Assembly (NCBI GenBank): GCA_037128175.1
Contig: JBAXWY010000024.1
Location: forward strand, 1 to 42,386
Reading direction: 5' to 3'
Source: Methanothrix sp.
GTDB lineage: Archaea; Halobacteriota; Methanosarcinia; Methanotrichales; Methanotrichaceae
DNA length: 42,386 nt
The notes beneath the pieces are model-generated. The model was not told where the DNA came from. It worked only from the letters and a program-made list of their open reading frames with translations, and made no database searches. The position numbers and the translations under genes are program-made. This document shows, in pieces, positions 19,933-29,253 of this stretch; the first letter of the stretch is position 1, and each line of letters opens with the position of its first letter.

Positions 19933-20880
19933 TCAAACCTTAGGTCTAGGTTGCTTAGGTCTAGGTTGCATATGCTGGAACTGTAATTTGGGGTCGGGAT
20001 GCATACCTCTTCTCAAGAATTGAGTAACGCCTTGGCCATCTTTTTTCTCATTGAATGGATCAGCTGGCAATGGAAGCCGAAGAGTCTCATAAAGAGCAAA
20101 ACGATGAAGGTCAAATGACGACCTCAGAAGATCACCATATATGGCAGCTGCAGGGAGAAGGCCCAATCGGTAAACGATTACCATTCCAAGAACAGATAGG
20201 ATTACCGCCCACCATGACCATATAACCCATATAGAGAAGATGAGGCTCCACCCAAAAAGAGATGCTTTTTCATTAATGTCCTGGCGAGCAGATTGGAGTT
20301 CATTCTTTGTGCTCTCAGGCAATATAAGCCACATCCTAGGCCATACGGTAACTGGCTCCAAGCCGTAGCGGGCCAGGCAATATTCCTCTGCAGAGCATAA
20401 AATGTTTCCAAAATTTGTCGGCAAAAGATAAAATTTATCAAGAGGATACATCGAGAGATAGGAATCAAGTCGATTGTATTCCTTAATTTCATGACTTTCA
20501 AGTTCATCGTATCTGGAACTAAGATCATTCCGCATCTTTTCCATGGATTTAAGTTGTGCTTTCTTATGTCTAATTAAAAAGTCCTTTAAAGGGTCAAGGA
20601 TACTGGACCAGTAGCCTTCCAAAAAGCGCAATAAGGGAAGCTGAAGCCATTCCATCAGGTTAATAGATGCCGCCAATATTATAATGCATGTAACCGCAAG
20701 TGCAAGTTTCATTTCAAATCCAAGACCATTAAAACTGGCGATGATATCCACCTTAGGAGTGGATGAAGCATAATAAGCCAAAACCCCGCCTGCCCAGAAA
20801 ACGAACGCGGGGGAAAATATGCGTGCATACCATTCATGAGCAGCATCCTCAAGAAGAGGATCCCAGAGTTGGGGAAACAT
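19933..20880 (-). CDS. Multi-pass membrane hypothetical protein
   Basis: About 4 hydrophobic segments; LPT.FGN...RYGL...WPR motif; starts 3 nt after the upstream stop. Confidence 0.8.
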   Translation of the reverse strand: MFPQLWDPLLEDAAHEWYARIFSPAFVFWAGGVLAYYASSTPKVDIIASFNGLGFEMKLALAVTCIIILAASINLMEWLQLPLLRFLEGYWSSILDPLKDFLIRHKKAQLKSMEKMRNDLSSRYDELESHEIKEYNRLDSYLSMYPLDKFYLLPTNFGNILCSAEEYCLARYGLEPVTVWPRMWLILPESTKNELQSARQDINEKASLFGWSLIFSIWVIWSWWAVILSVLGMVIVYRLGLLPAAAIYGDLLRSSFDLHRFALYETLRLPLPADPFNEKKDGQGVTQFLRRGMHPDPKLQFQHMQPRPKQPRPKV

Positions 20881-20883
20881 TTA

Positions 20884-21603
20884 CTAATCACCAGATTTTT
20901 TAATTGAATCTGCTCGGACCAATTCCACATCATGATCTGGACAGCGTTGCCCAACGGAACTAAGTCGTGTTTTTAAATGAGCAGGATCTTTTGGGCATAC
21001 CATCTCAGCCCCTGGTTCAATTTTTTTAGGCCCGCCACTAAGAATAGGTTCGTAGCCGGATTTTGCGGGTGCCTTCTTGGCCGCTGCTTTCTCGGCGGCA
21101 ATTCTCTTGGCCTCTGCCTCGAGATCTGCTACTTCTTTGGCAGAGAACTTCTTTGTCGCCAGGAATTCAGGACCCTTTATTATGTCTTTGCGCTCCCAGC
21201 CGGCCATTATGACCTTTTTGCCCATTTTCAGGCATTCCACAGGGCACTCGTCCACGCACAGGCCGCAGAACATGCATCTTCCAAAGTCAATTTGCGGAAA
21301 CAGCATCTTCTTGTTCTTGAGAGGATTTCCAAATTTGTAATGGACCATCTGTATGCAGCTATTGGGGCAAATCCTGGCGCAGGATGCACAACCGATGCAC
21401 GTGGTGGCATCCAGCTCGTGAATGCCACGCTCGTTTTCTGGCAGTTCCATCATCACCTCTGGATAGAGCCTTGTAACCTCCACGTCATTTATTGCGGTCT
21501 TAAGGGTCCACTTAAAATTTTTCAACAACTTTCTATTCAACATATCATTAATCCACCCACGAAAGACTTGGATGATCTCATCTGAATGTTTTATACTCAG
21601 CAT
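20884..21603 (-). CDS. FpoI/NuoI-like 2x[4Fe-4S] protein fused to a small Cys/His C-terminal domain
   Basis: VTRLYPE...RG.H...CIGCASCARICP...CMFCGLCVDECP; Ala/Lys linker; then CPKDPAH...CPDH. Confidence 0.8.
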   Translation of the reverse strand: MLSIKHSDEIIQVFRGWINDMLNRKLLKNFKWTLKTAINDVEVTRLYPEVMMELPENERGIHELDATTCIGCASCARICPNSCIQMVHYKFGNPLKNKKMLFPQIDFGRCMFCGLCVDECPVECLKMGKKVIMAGWERKDIIKGPEFLATKKFSAKEVADLEAEAKRIAAEKAAAKKAPAKSGYEPILSGGPKKIEPGAEMVCPKDPAHLKTRLSSVGQRCPDHDVELVRADSIKKSGD

Positions 21604-21762
21604 CTATCTACGCCAAGCACATCGATTAGTGCTATGAAGAGGATGGCTTTTAATCTTTTTCATTAAGTCATTTCTTCCAATCTCTTCAAATCTGTCAGGA
21701 TTCCTTGAATAGAAATGATTTTCACCCGATGGTAGCCCGGCTGCGAGGTGATGGACTCATTT

Positions 21763-21831
21763 TCAGAGAAGCTGCTCCCAAGCATCCCTCTTTAGGGGCT
21801 TCCTGCACTCGCTTGCGGCGGTACGGTACAT
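21763..21831 (-). pseudogene. Degenerate 5' remnant of the arm-type gene, copy D
   Basis: MYRTAASECRKPLKRDAWEQLL* at the same spacing from the site; aligns loosely to MHCTPSGDRRQALQKEAREL. Confidence 0.55.
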
Positions 21832-21839
21832 GGGATATA

Positions 21840-21883
21840 ATTCTATGGCATTTTACTTAATACTTATTAAAATGCCATAGAAC
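21840..21883. promoter_or_regulatory. 44-bp inverted-repeat site D
   Basis: ATTCTATGGCATT-N18-AATGCCATAGAAC. Confidence 0.85.
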
Positions 21884-22052
21884 TTATTGAGCCGTCAGAT
21901 TCCGGTCTCCACTGGAAATAGAATAAATGAAAGGTAGATAAAATGGACTAATGCGCTTGGATCGCGCTCCTCTCTGGCTATCAAGGTGCTGTAGCCGCGA
22001 CCATCGAGATTAATGTGAGGTTCCTGTAAGGCTCCCGGCAACCTTCTACTGC

Positions 22053-22111
22053 GCGACTCTCGTAACCTGGGGCAGCAGTCCCGCAAGAGCCTGCCACCCG
22101 GCGGCGGGAGA
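22053..22111. repeat. ~60-bp GC-rich repeat, copy 2
   Basis: Matches 17220-17279. Confidence 0.75.
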
Positions 22112-22387
22112 TCTCCTGCAGGGCCGACATTCTCCGGGCTTGGGCTTCTGCCGGCTTCCTTCTATGGGACATTCACTATGGAGAGCTATACGGGCTGAGC
22201 CAGCTCTAGCCCGCCTCTCTCTTTTCAAGGGTGTAAAACCCTTGACCCACAAAATGAGAACGTTATGGTTCTGGCGATTTAAAAGCGCTTTTCAGCTTTT
22301 AAATCAACTACTTGCGCGCTGCGGCGCGCACCAGGACTTCTGTGTGATCGAGGTGGCAAGGAGCACAAACCGCAAGAAGGGTGATAA

Positions 22388-22549
22388 ATGATAGATGGAG
22401 ACAGATCGAACTTGATCAGAGATATTATGAAAATGACTGAATTGGAAAGGAAGGCTGCAAAGCAAACGGCCCAGGCAACGAAGCAGGAAGAAAAGAAAGT
22501 GAGACAGCACCGATCATCCCGGAAGAGGGCTGCACCGAAACGACAGTAG
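22388..22549 (+). CDS. Putative 53-aa basic peptide
   Basis: GGTGA upstream of ATG; MIDGDRSNLIRD...RKRAAPKRQ*. Confidence 0.35.
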   Translation: MIDGDRSNLIRDIMKMTELERKAAKQTAQATKQEEKKVRQHRSSRKRAAPKRQ

Positions 22550-22737
22550 AGGCGATCTTTCGGGGCCGCATCACCCAAAGCCTTTTCCTGTAGATCATGC
22601 GAGAGATGAAAACCCTGTGCTTCCCCCATTTTCGGGTAGCAATAGGATGAAGCCAAAATTGACGCCAATTTAGCAGTATCAATATACTATAATAAAATAT
22701 ATATACTTAGACAGTTAAACCGTACTTAGTTAAGCTG

Positions 22738-25689
22738 GTGGTTTTGTTGAGAGGAAAAAACGAAATTCATATCGCGTTTTTCTTGGGTACATTAGTCGTT
22801 CTATTAGTTGCGTCCACGAGTGCCTCTTTGCCCAATGATTACGTTGAAAATTTACATCTAGCAGCCATTCCAAATATTTCGATACCTATAACAGCAGCAG
22901 AAGCTGCTATCAAGGAAAACGCCAGTATAGATACCATGGATGGTAACCGTTCTGGAGAAAAAATTGCCATAACTCCGGTTGAACCAAGACTAAGCGAGAA
23001 CGTTCATCAAGTAGGATCAGGAGAAATCATTGTATCGCAAACCTCAAACATGACGGGTCAAGTCATGACTCCATTTGGACTTCGGCCTAGTTCGATGGTA
23101 CGCGAAGTCGGGCCAGGCATTGCCTTAAGTATTACAGATGGCTTGATAGAGGAGATCGATTCCGCCGGTAAGGTTCTAGCGACATTTAGAGCAAGTAACC
23201 TTAGTAGCGCGAATGTGTCTCTTGAACCCGGAAACATCTCCACCAGTTTTGCACCAACGACCTCAGGTTGGGTTACTGATGCTAAGTGGAACAAGAATTC
23301 GGGGGCTCCGATTGACTCTTTCGAGACTACTTGGGAAGTTCCGCCTGCTCCTGCAACATCATCGGGTCAAACTATCTACCTCTTCAACGGGATCCAGAAC
23401 CCGGGTTATATCCTTCAGCCGGTATTGGGATGGAATAATGGTCAATGGAGTTTGACAAGCTGGTACGCTGATGGAGCGACTGGATTGGCATTCTATACAT
23501 CATCTGTTCAAGTCAATCCAAGAGAAACCCTACACGGCGTAATTACCCGCACGGTTCTGCCTCCTGAAATGGGAAAGTGGGAATACACTTGCCAGTTCTT
23601 GGGGAAACCCCAGACAATCCTTAATGTGCGAAACATCGACGAACTCACCGAATTCTGCGAGACTCTAGAAGTGTATTATGTCACAAAATGCTCTGATTAC
23701 CCAGCCACGGATTTTACGGCATTTAAGGACATCAAAATAAGTACCAACAATATACCGCTGACGCCGAGCTGGACGACAACGAATAGTGTAACAGATTGTG
23801 GACAGTATACCGAAGTGATCAGTAACGCCAACCCAGGTGACGAAGTGGATATACACTATCGCACCACCCAAGTAGCTCTACAGTCCGCTGCTAACAACAA
23901 GTATGTTTGCGCAGAGAACGGTGGCCAAAAACCATTAATCGCCAACCGCGATGCAATAGCTGGCTGGGAGACATTTGGACTCATTGATCGAGGAAACGGT
24001 AAAGTGGCCCTTCTAGCCGTCAACGGCAAGTATGTTTGTGCAGAGAGCGGTGGCCAATCACCATTAATAGCCAACCGCGATGCAATAAATAGCTGGGAGA
24101 CATTTGGACTCATCAATCTTGGAGACAATAACGTAGCCCTTAAGGCTGTCAACGGCAAGTATGTTTGTGCAGAGGCTGGTGGAGCCTTACCATTGCAGGC
24201 AAACCGTGATGCAATAGGTAGCTGGGAGACGTTTAAACTAATCAGTGTACAAGGTGTTGCAGATGCTTGCCCAATGGGATGCAAGTATTCCAGCATCCAA
24301 GCAGCAGTAGATGCTGCAAACCCTGGTGACACGATCACAGTGGCAGCGGGTACTTACAAGGAGAATGTGCATATCGACAAGTCGTTGACCATAAAGGGTG
24401 CTGGAGAAGGCAGGACCATCGTGGATGGTAACCAAGCTAACTCAGTTTTCACCATCGGCAAAAATGATCAAAATATAGATGTAACCTTATCGAGTATGAC
24501 AATCCAAAATGGTAGAGCATTCTCCGGTGGCCACGGATTTGGTGGAGGCATTTACAGCCAAGGCAGGCTAGCGATCTTAGATAGCATAATTTCCGGGAAC
24601 ACCGCTTATTACGATGGGGGCGGCATAGCCAATATTGATGGTACTGTTACGATAACTGGTTGCAGCATCAACGATAACATAGGGAGCTGTGGCATACTTA
24701 ATTACGGAACGGGAACTGCTACGATAACAAACAGCGATATAGCCAGGAATTCCGCAGCAAATGGGGGCGGCATTAACAATGAAGGCACAATTGAAATAAA
24801 TGGCTGTAACATCCACGGGAACACCGCAAATGGAGAATCATATGGTATCGGTGGTGGTATACGCAATAGTGGTACTGCTACGATAAAAGATAGCGATATA
24901 CACGAGAATTCTGTCACCCTATACGCTCAACGCGGATATGGCGGCGGCATAGGTATATACAGCTCTGGTACAACTACAATAACGGGCTGCAAAATCTACG
25001 AAAACAGCGCATACAACGGCGGTGGCATAGGCTGTTATACTGGCGATGGCACCTCCAAAATCGCAAGTACTGCTACAATAGAAAGCAGTAAGGTTTATGA
25101 TAACACTGGTAGCTTCGGCGGTGGCATAACCATACGTGAGGACTGTATAGCCACAATAACAGATAGTGATATTTATGGAAACGTTATTGTTGGTGGGGAC
25201 GTTGGCGGTGGCATCGCCAACTTTGGTACAGCTGATATAATAGGCTGCAAGATCTACGAGAACACTGCACAAACGGGCGTTGTCGTCGGTGGCGGGCTTT
25301 TTAACGCCGGTACAGCAACAATAGAAGATAGCACCATATCAGCTAATACCGCAGTCTTGGGTGGTGGCATATACAACGGTTATTCCGGAGGGGATATGAA
25401 CAATGGAGCTAAATTGACCCTAAGCGGGACGACACAGATAACTAACAATCAGGCCATCGATAATCTGGGCAGCTATGGACTCGGTGGTGGAATATATGAC
25501 GCTTCCATCAACCCCTCGGTTACGTTTGATGGCACAAAAGTTGTCGTGAAATCCAACAAGGCACGTCAGCCATCGCCTTCTGAACTGAGTTGGTATCAGG
25601 GGTGGGGAGTATACCTAAATTCAGGCACACCGACCACTACTGGTGGATTCGATCCTACAACGCAAGTGATAGATAACACCCAAATCTAG
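22738..25689 (+). CDS. Secreted multidomain protein: peptidase-G1-like domain, fascin-like beta-trefoil, parallel beta-helix
   Basis: Signal peptide; WEVPPAP..LFNGIQ..ILQPVL; three repeats of NGKYVCAExGG..LIANRDAI..WETF; SIQAAVDAANPGDTI.V..GTY followed by GGGI repeats. Confidence 0.85.
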   Translation: MVLLRGKNEIHIAFFLGTLVVLLVASTSASLPNDYVENLHLAAIPNISIPITAAEAAIKENASIDTMDGNRSGEKIAITPVEPRLSENVHQVGSGEIIVSQTSNMTGQVMTPFGLRPSSMVREVGPGIALSITDGLIEEIDSAGKVLATFRASNLSSANVSLEPGNISTSFAPTTSGWVTDAKWNKNSGAPIDSFETTWEVPPAPATSSGQTIYLFNGIQNPGYILQPVLGWNNGQWSLTSWYADGATGLAFYTSSVQVNPRETLHGVITRTVLPPEMGKWEYTCQFLGKPQTILNVRNIDELTEFCETLEVYYVTKCSDYPATDFTAFKDIKISTNNIPLTPSWTTTNSVTDCGQYTEVISNANPGDEVDIHYRTTQVALQSAANNKYVCAENGGQKPLIANRDAIAGWETFGLIDRGNGKVALLAVNGKYVCAESGGQSPLIANRDAINSWETFGLINLGDNNVALKAVNGKYVCAEAGGALPLQANRDAIGSWETFKLISVQGVADACPMGCKYSSIQAAVDAANPGDTITVAAGTYKENVHIDKSLTIKGAGEGRTIVDGNQANSVFTIGKNDQNIDVTLSSMTIQNGRAFSGGHGFGGGIYSQGRLAILDSIISGNTAYYDGGGIANIDGTVTITGCSINDNIGSCGILNYGTGTATITNSDIARNSAANGGGINNEGTIEINGCNIHGNTANGESYGIGGGIRNSGTATIKDSDIHENSVTLYAQRGYGGGIGIYSSGTTTITGCKIYENSAYNGGGIGCYTGDGTSKIASTATIESSKVYDNTGSFGGGITIREDCIATITDSDIYGNVIVGGDVGGGIANFGTADIIGCKIYENTAQTGVVVGGGLFNAGTATIEDSTISANTAVLGGGIYNGYSGGDMNNGAKLTLSGTTQITNNQAIDNLGSYGLGGGIYDASINPSVTFDGTKVVVKSNKARQPSPSELSWYQGWGVYLNSGTPTTTGGFDPTTQVIDNTQI

Positions 25690-26037
25690 GTTGCCATCAA
25701 TGGAGGGCGGTCTGCCCTTCATCCCAATTTTTTGGAACATCTGATATTTGGAAGTATATACAACATGCAAACCATCCATTTCTTTTTCGCTATCTATCAA
25801 ACCGCCAAACATTATTATAAGCATACTTTCCAGCCCAAACCACCTTATAGTGCGCGGCGAATTATAGGATGGTTTTCTAAGTTCACTGATAACTATTAGT
25901 CGGCATCTGGCAATTGTCGTAAAATCATTCCATAGTATGCTAGAATGGCCAGGTAGGCAGAAGCGGATTTAGGCCGATTTGAGATGGTTTCATAAGACAG
26001 TATGGATAACTTTTAGTTAACATCAAGCTCTAGAAAA

Positions 26038-26081
26038 GTTCTATGGCATTTCTATGAATTAGATATTAAATGTCATAGGAC
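26038..26081. promoter_or_regulatory. 44-bp inverted-repeat site E
   Basis: GTTCTATGGCATT-N18-AATGTCATAGGAC. Confidence 0.8.
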
Positions 26082-26410
26082 TAATCGAGACGGTTAACGC
26101 CAGCGAAATATTCCCTATACCCCAACAGCACTGCCCGAACGAGCCTCTCCAAAGCCCCCGGGCGGCCTCCTCTCCGCCCTCGCACCCAGGGCACGGTAGA
26201 AAGCCAAGTCCCCCGCCTCCTGGGCATCCTTGGGCCACGGATTCCATTAATTATATACAAATAGGTCGCCCTCCAGTCACCGCAGGCAGTATGGAGCACC
26301 CACTAAAACCTCCTCCCGCAATACTCCCGCCGCTTCCTCTCGGCCTCCCGGAATACGCCCAGGGCCTGCCGGGCCGTCAAGTGAGGGAAAAAGGAACAAA
26401 GAAAAAAAGG

Positions 26411-26569
26411 TCAATCGATAGGATCGTAGTCGCAGCTTTTTCTATCCCTTTCGCAGTCGTTCTCCCAATCTGCCCAAGCATCGATGATATCTTGCCTGCG
26501 AATGTCTGCAATGCTGGGCGACGTGTGGGTAGTTACTATCTTTTCAACCAGTTCGTTTTCTGATGGCAT
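26411..26569 (-). CDS. 52-aa hypothetical protein
   Basis: MPSENELVEK...YDPID*; starts right after the upstream stop and is followed by oligo-T tracts on the minus strand. Confidence 0.5.
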   Translation of the reverse strand: MPSENELVEKIVTTHTSPSIADIRRQDIIDAWADWENDCERDRKSCDYDPID

Positions 26570-26570
26570 T

Positions 26571-26729
26571 TTAATTTTCCTTCTGAATAGATTTGTGAAT
26601 ATGTAGCATCAGGCTCACTGTGACCTTTCCCTGCGCGCCTACCTTTTTTCGAGCGAGCTGGAAGGCTGCCTCCCTATCTCTGCGAGGGAGGCACGCAAAC
26701 TCGTCATGTTCTGGCTGCTTGTAGTTCAT
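26571..26729 (-). CDS. 52-aa hypothetical protein
   Basis: GGAG-type RBS; MNYKQPEHDEF...; packed tightly behind ardC. Confidence 0.5.
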   Translation of the reverse strand: MNYKQPEHDEFACLPRRDREAAFQLARKKVGAQGKVTVSLMLHIHKSIQKEN

Positions 26730-26740
26730 TTCAACTCCCC

Positions 26741-27601
26741 CTAAGCTGTAGCAGTTGCACGCCCTCTCCCCTCCGGAAGCTTGCCGATCGTGACATACTC
26801 CACCGCCTCTCGGGCCTGCTTGCTGGCCTTTAAAACCCATTTAGGATTATTCTGCAAAGCCTTCAGCCAGGAGCCAATATAGGCAGTGGAGTTTTGCAGA
26901 GTCCTCGATGTGTCGAGGGCGGCAATCTGGCAGAGGAAGGCGGCGCCCATCTCGGCGGTGAGCTCCTCCTGGCTCCTCACATCCGTTCCCATGTGGTAGT
27001 CCCTGAGGGTTTCCCGGCAGAGCCTGCCAGCTCCTCCCGTCCAGTGGGTCAGCTCGTGGAAAGCTGCCGCATAATAATCTTCACTGCTGTCGAACTGGTC
27101 GAGAGTAGGCAAATAAATCGCATCGCTCTGCGAGCAATAATAAGCCTTCTGGATGTCGGTTTCTATGCAGGGGCTTCTTCGCCGCAATAGCTCCTCGGCG
27201 CTGACAATCTGCTGGTTATCCCTATCCACCGGCGCCTTTTCCGGCAAGCCATTTGTCTGGCACCAGTTGAAGACGGTATAGTACTTGAGGAAGTTCAGAA
27301 TTCTAACGGAGACCTCGCTCTTTTCGTTCAGCTCCTCTTTTACGACGCGGTCAGCAAAGATAATTGGCCGGCCCTTCTCACCGGCCCGGATGGAGCCTCC
27401 CATCTTCTGAGCCTGGCGGAAGGTGACCCAGTAGGGGCTCTCGTAATTCGACTGCAAGAGGAGGGTATTGATTCCCTGGTATTCTTTGTTAGTGGCGTAG
27501 GATGTAGGCCAGCAGGCCTGCCAGGGCCGGCGCCAGGGGATGATGCCTTCCTCAAGCTGCTTTATCATTTGGTTGGTCACGACCTCGAAGACGTCCTTCA
27601 T
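26741..27601 (-). CDS. ardC: ArdC-family antirestriction / ssDNA-binding protein
   Basis: VT..I.QLE.G.IPWRRPW, YQGIN, W.TF.QA...GG.IR.GEKG, YTVFN, HELTHWTG, EELTAEMGAAFL. Confidence 0.93.
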   Translation of the reverse strand: MKDVFEVVTNQMIKQLEEGIIPWRRPWQACWPTSYATNKEYQGINTLLLQSNYESPYWVTFRQAQKMGGSIRAGEKGRPIIFADRVVKEELNEKSEVSVRILNFLKYYTVFNWCQTNGLPEKAPVDRDNQQIVSAEELLRRRSPCIETDIQKAYYCSQSDAIYLPTLDQFDSSEDYYAAAFHELTHWTGGAGRLCRETLRDYHMGTDVRSQEELTAEMGAAFLCQIAALDTSRTLQNSTAYIGSWLKALQNNPKWVLKASKQAREAVEYVTIGKLPEGRGRATATA

Positions 27602-27747
27602 CTCGCCGACCTCCAGGAGTCATCATATCCCAGGTCCTGCAGATTGCCCAGGATGGAATAGGTTAGCCTGTTGGCTATATCCTCCTGTTCGGAAAGAGGA
27701 AGCTTGAGGGCCTCCTCAAGGATCTCTGCAGGGCTCAAATTCTGCAT
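27598..27747 (-). CDS. Small protein resembling an addiction-module antitoxin
   Basis: EILEEALKLPLSEQEDIA..L..S pattern; ATGA overlap with ardC. Confidence 0.5.
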   Translation of the reverse strand: MQNLSPAEILEEALKLPLSEQEDIANRLTYSILGNLQDLGYDDSWRSAR

Positions 27748-27748
27748 T

Positions 27749-28489
27749 TCAATACCCCATGCTAACGCAGTAGCGGTGCTCTTCCCGCTCAAGGTCCTTG
27801 TATTCCTTACACTCCCACTGGCCGGCATCTCCCAGGGCTTTTAGCCGGGCCTGTATCACTTCCAGCCTGCGGGACGCTCTGCAGAAAGCTTTGTAGCTCA
27901 TGGGCTGGAATTCATGCACCCGGTGGGCGGCGTAATCGTTCTCCAGGTATTCTTGGTAATCTTTGACCCTCTTGGAATTGGCCAGGGCCGGGATGGATTC
28001 CGTATTCTTCCGGCTGGTTTTGGACTGTTGAGAAGGAGTCTTCACTTGGCGACCCGTCAGGCGGTTTTCTGAGCCGATCCCATTTTCTCGCGGGGCGACG
28101 AGTTCAGGGAAAGCGGCTTTAAAGTGCCTGCAAGTCTTCCTGAAGACAAAGCCCTTGCAGGTGCATCCCTGCGGGGTCACTCGATAGTAAAACTGGCCTG
28201 TCGAGCTTAGCACCAGGGCAATGGACTCGTAAGGCGTTTCAGGCATCTTTACCATATCGGGCTTGGCCACTGTAGCCCGGCCGGTCATGATTTCAACGAG
28301 AGCCTGCACAAACCTAACCTCAAACATTCCTTCACTAGCAGCAGGCGGCAGGGGCAGCTTTGCCTTTATCCTCTGGGCTTCGGCCTGGGCGTTGGTCTTT
28401 GACTGGTCTGCTACCTGCCTCATTCTCTGCTGCTCGGAAAGCATTTCGCCAACGAGCCAGTCTTCCCGCTTTGATTCTGCGATTGTCAT
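27749..28489 (-). CDS. SWIM zinc-finger protein
   Basis: YRVTPQGCTCKGFVFRKTCRH; GGAGG RBS upstream. Confidence 0.8.
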   Translation of the reverse strand: MTIAESKREDWLVGEMLSEQQRMRQVADQSKTNAQAEAQRIKAKLPLPPAASEGMFEVRFVQALVEIMTGRATVAKPDMVKMPETPYESIALVLSSTGQFYYRVTPQGCTCKGFVFRKTCRHFKAAFPELVAPRENGIGSENRLTGRQVKTPSQQSKTSRKNTESIPALANSKRVKDYQEYLENDYAAHRVHEFQPMSYKAFCRASRRLEVIQARLKALGDAGQWECKEYKDLEREEHRYCVSMGY

Positions 28490-28543
28490 TTTTCGAACCT
28501 CCTAAAGTTCTTAGTATATACACGACCTTTGGACGTATAAGCA

Positions 28544-28576
28544 TTGCGCTTGCGCAAGCGTTTGCGCAAGCGCATA
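28544..28576. promoter_or_regulatory. Operator-like GCGCAAGCG repeats/palindromes upstream of the SWIM-ardC operon
   Basis: TTGCGCTTGCGCAAGCGTTTGCGCAAGCGCATA. Confidence 0.6.
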
Positions 28577-28728
28577 TAGCATATTTTGGTGTAGCAGGCA
28601 GCCAAGCGGCAACATTGCGCGACGAAGAGAGCACTAAAACCGATACCAACCGGTGCTATAGAAAGAAAAAGGACGACCGGCATAGACTAAGCAGAATGGC
28701 ACGCTCGAAGAGGCCCGCCCTCAAAAAA

Positions 28729-28772
28729 GTTCTGTGGCATTTTTAGAAATAGTTCATAAAATGCCATAGACC
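28729..28772. promoter_or_regulatory. 44-bp inverted-repeat site F
   Basis: GTTCTGTGGCATT-N18-AATGCCATAGACC. Confidence 0.8.
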
Positions 28773-28829
28773 ATAATCCACCCCAAGGGCCGACCCCGCC
28801 CGGCCATCTCGCCCCGTCCGTCTCCGTCA

Positions 28830-28906
28830 GTAAACCCCACGGCTTGGCCTGGGGTTTACGTTAATTCCCACAGCGACGAGCACGGACCCCCACTGGTTGG
28901 GGTCCG
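28830..28906. repeat. Two GC-rich hairpins
   Basis: GTAAACCCCA/TGGGGTTTAC (28830-28859) and CGGACCCC/GGGGTCCG (28883-28906). Confidence 0.75.
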
Positions 28907-29216
28907 CGCACAGGAGCGTGCCTACTCGCATGCCCAGGTCAACCTGGAAGGCAAATCGTACAGGAATAGCTCATGCCCCCTGATTCCTGACAGAGACCCT
29001 GTGCCCCCTGGATTACGGAGCAAAAAGCTCCCGCCCGGAAACGTCCCCGAATCCAAGCCTTCCCGGCGTTGAGGGAGCCCCCCCCTTCCCGCGCGTTTTA
29101 TCGCGCGCGGCACCCCAGAAGAAGAAGCCCAAGAAGTAGCAGTAAGGAGGAGAGGCCCCAACTGGCCCCGGAGAGGGCCATCCAGGCCCTCCTCCTAACA
29201 GTCCCGCAATCTCCGA

Positions 29217-29253
29217 AAAGTATTTATGCGCAAGCGCTAACGCAAGCGCAATG
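29217..29253 (+). promoter_or_regulatory. BRE/TATA followed by GCAAGCGC repeats overlapping the start
   Basis: AAAGTATTTATGCGCAAGCGCTAACGCAAGCGCAATG; geometry of a leaderless transcript. Confidence 0.65.

Noticed and set aside
22278-22303. Palindrome TTTAAAAGC...GCTTTTAAA
   Set aside because: Single AT-rich occurrence; a function cannot be supported from the sequence.
23890-24235. Three ~120-bp direct repeats
   Set aside because: Explained by the fascin-like beta-trefoil repeats of the encoded protein.
14659-28772. CRISPR array or canonical integron attC sites
   Set aside because: The repeats are kilobases apart, the arm order is GTT...AAC rather than RYYYAAC...GTTRRRY, and no cas or intI gene is present.
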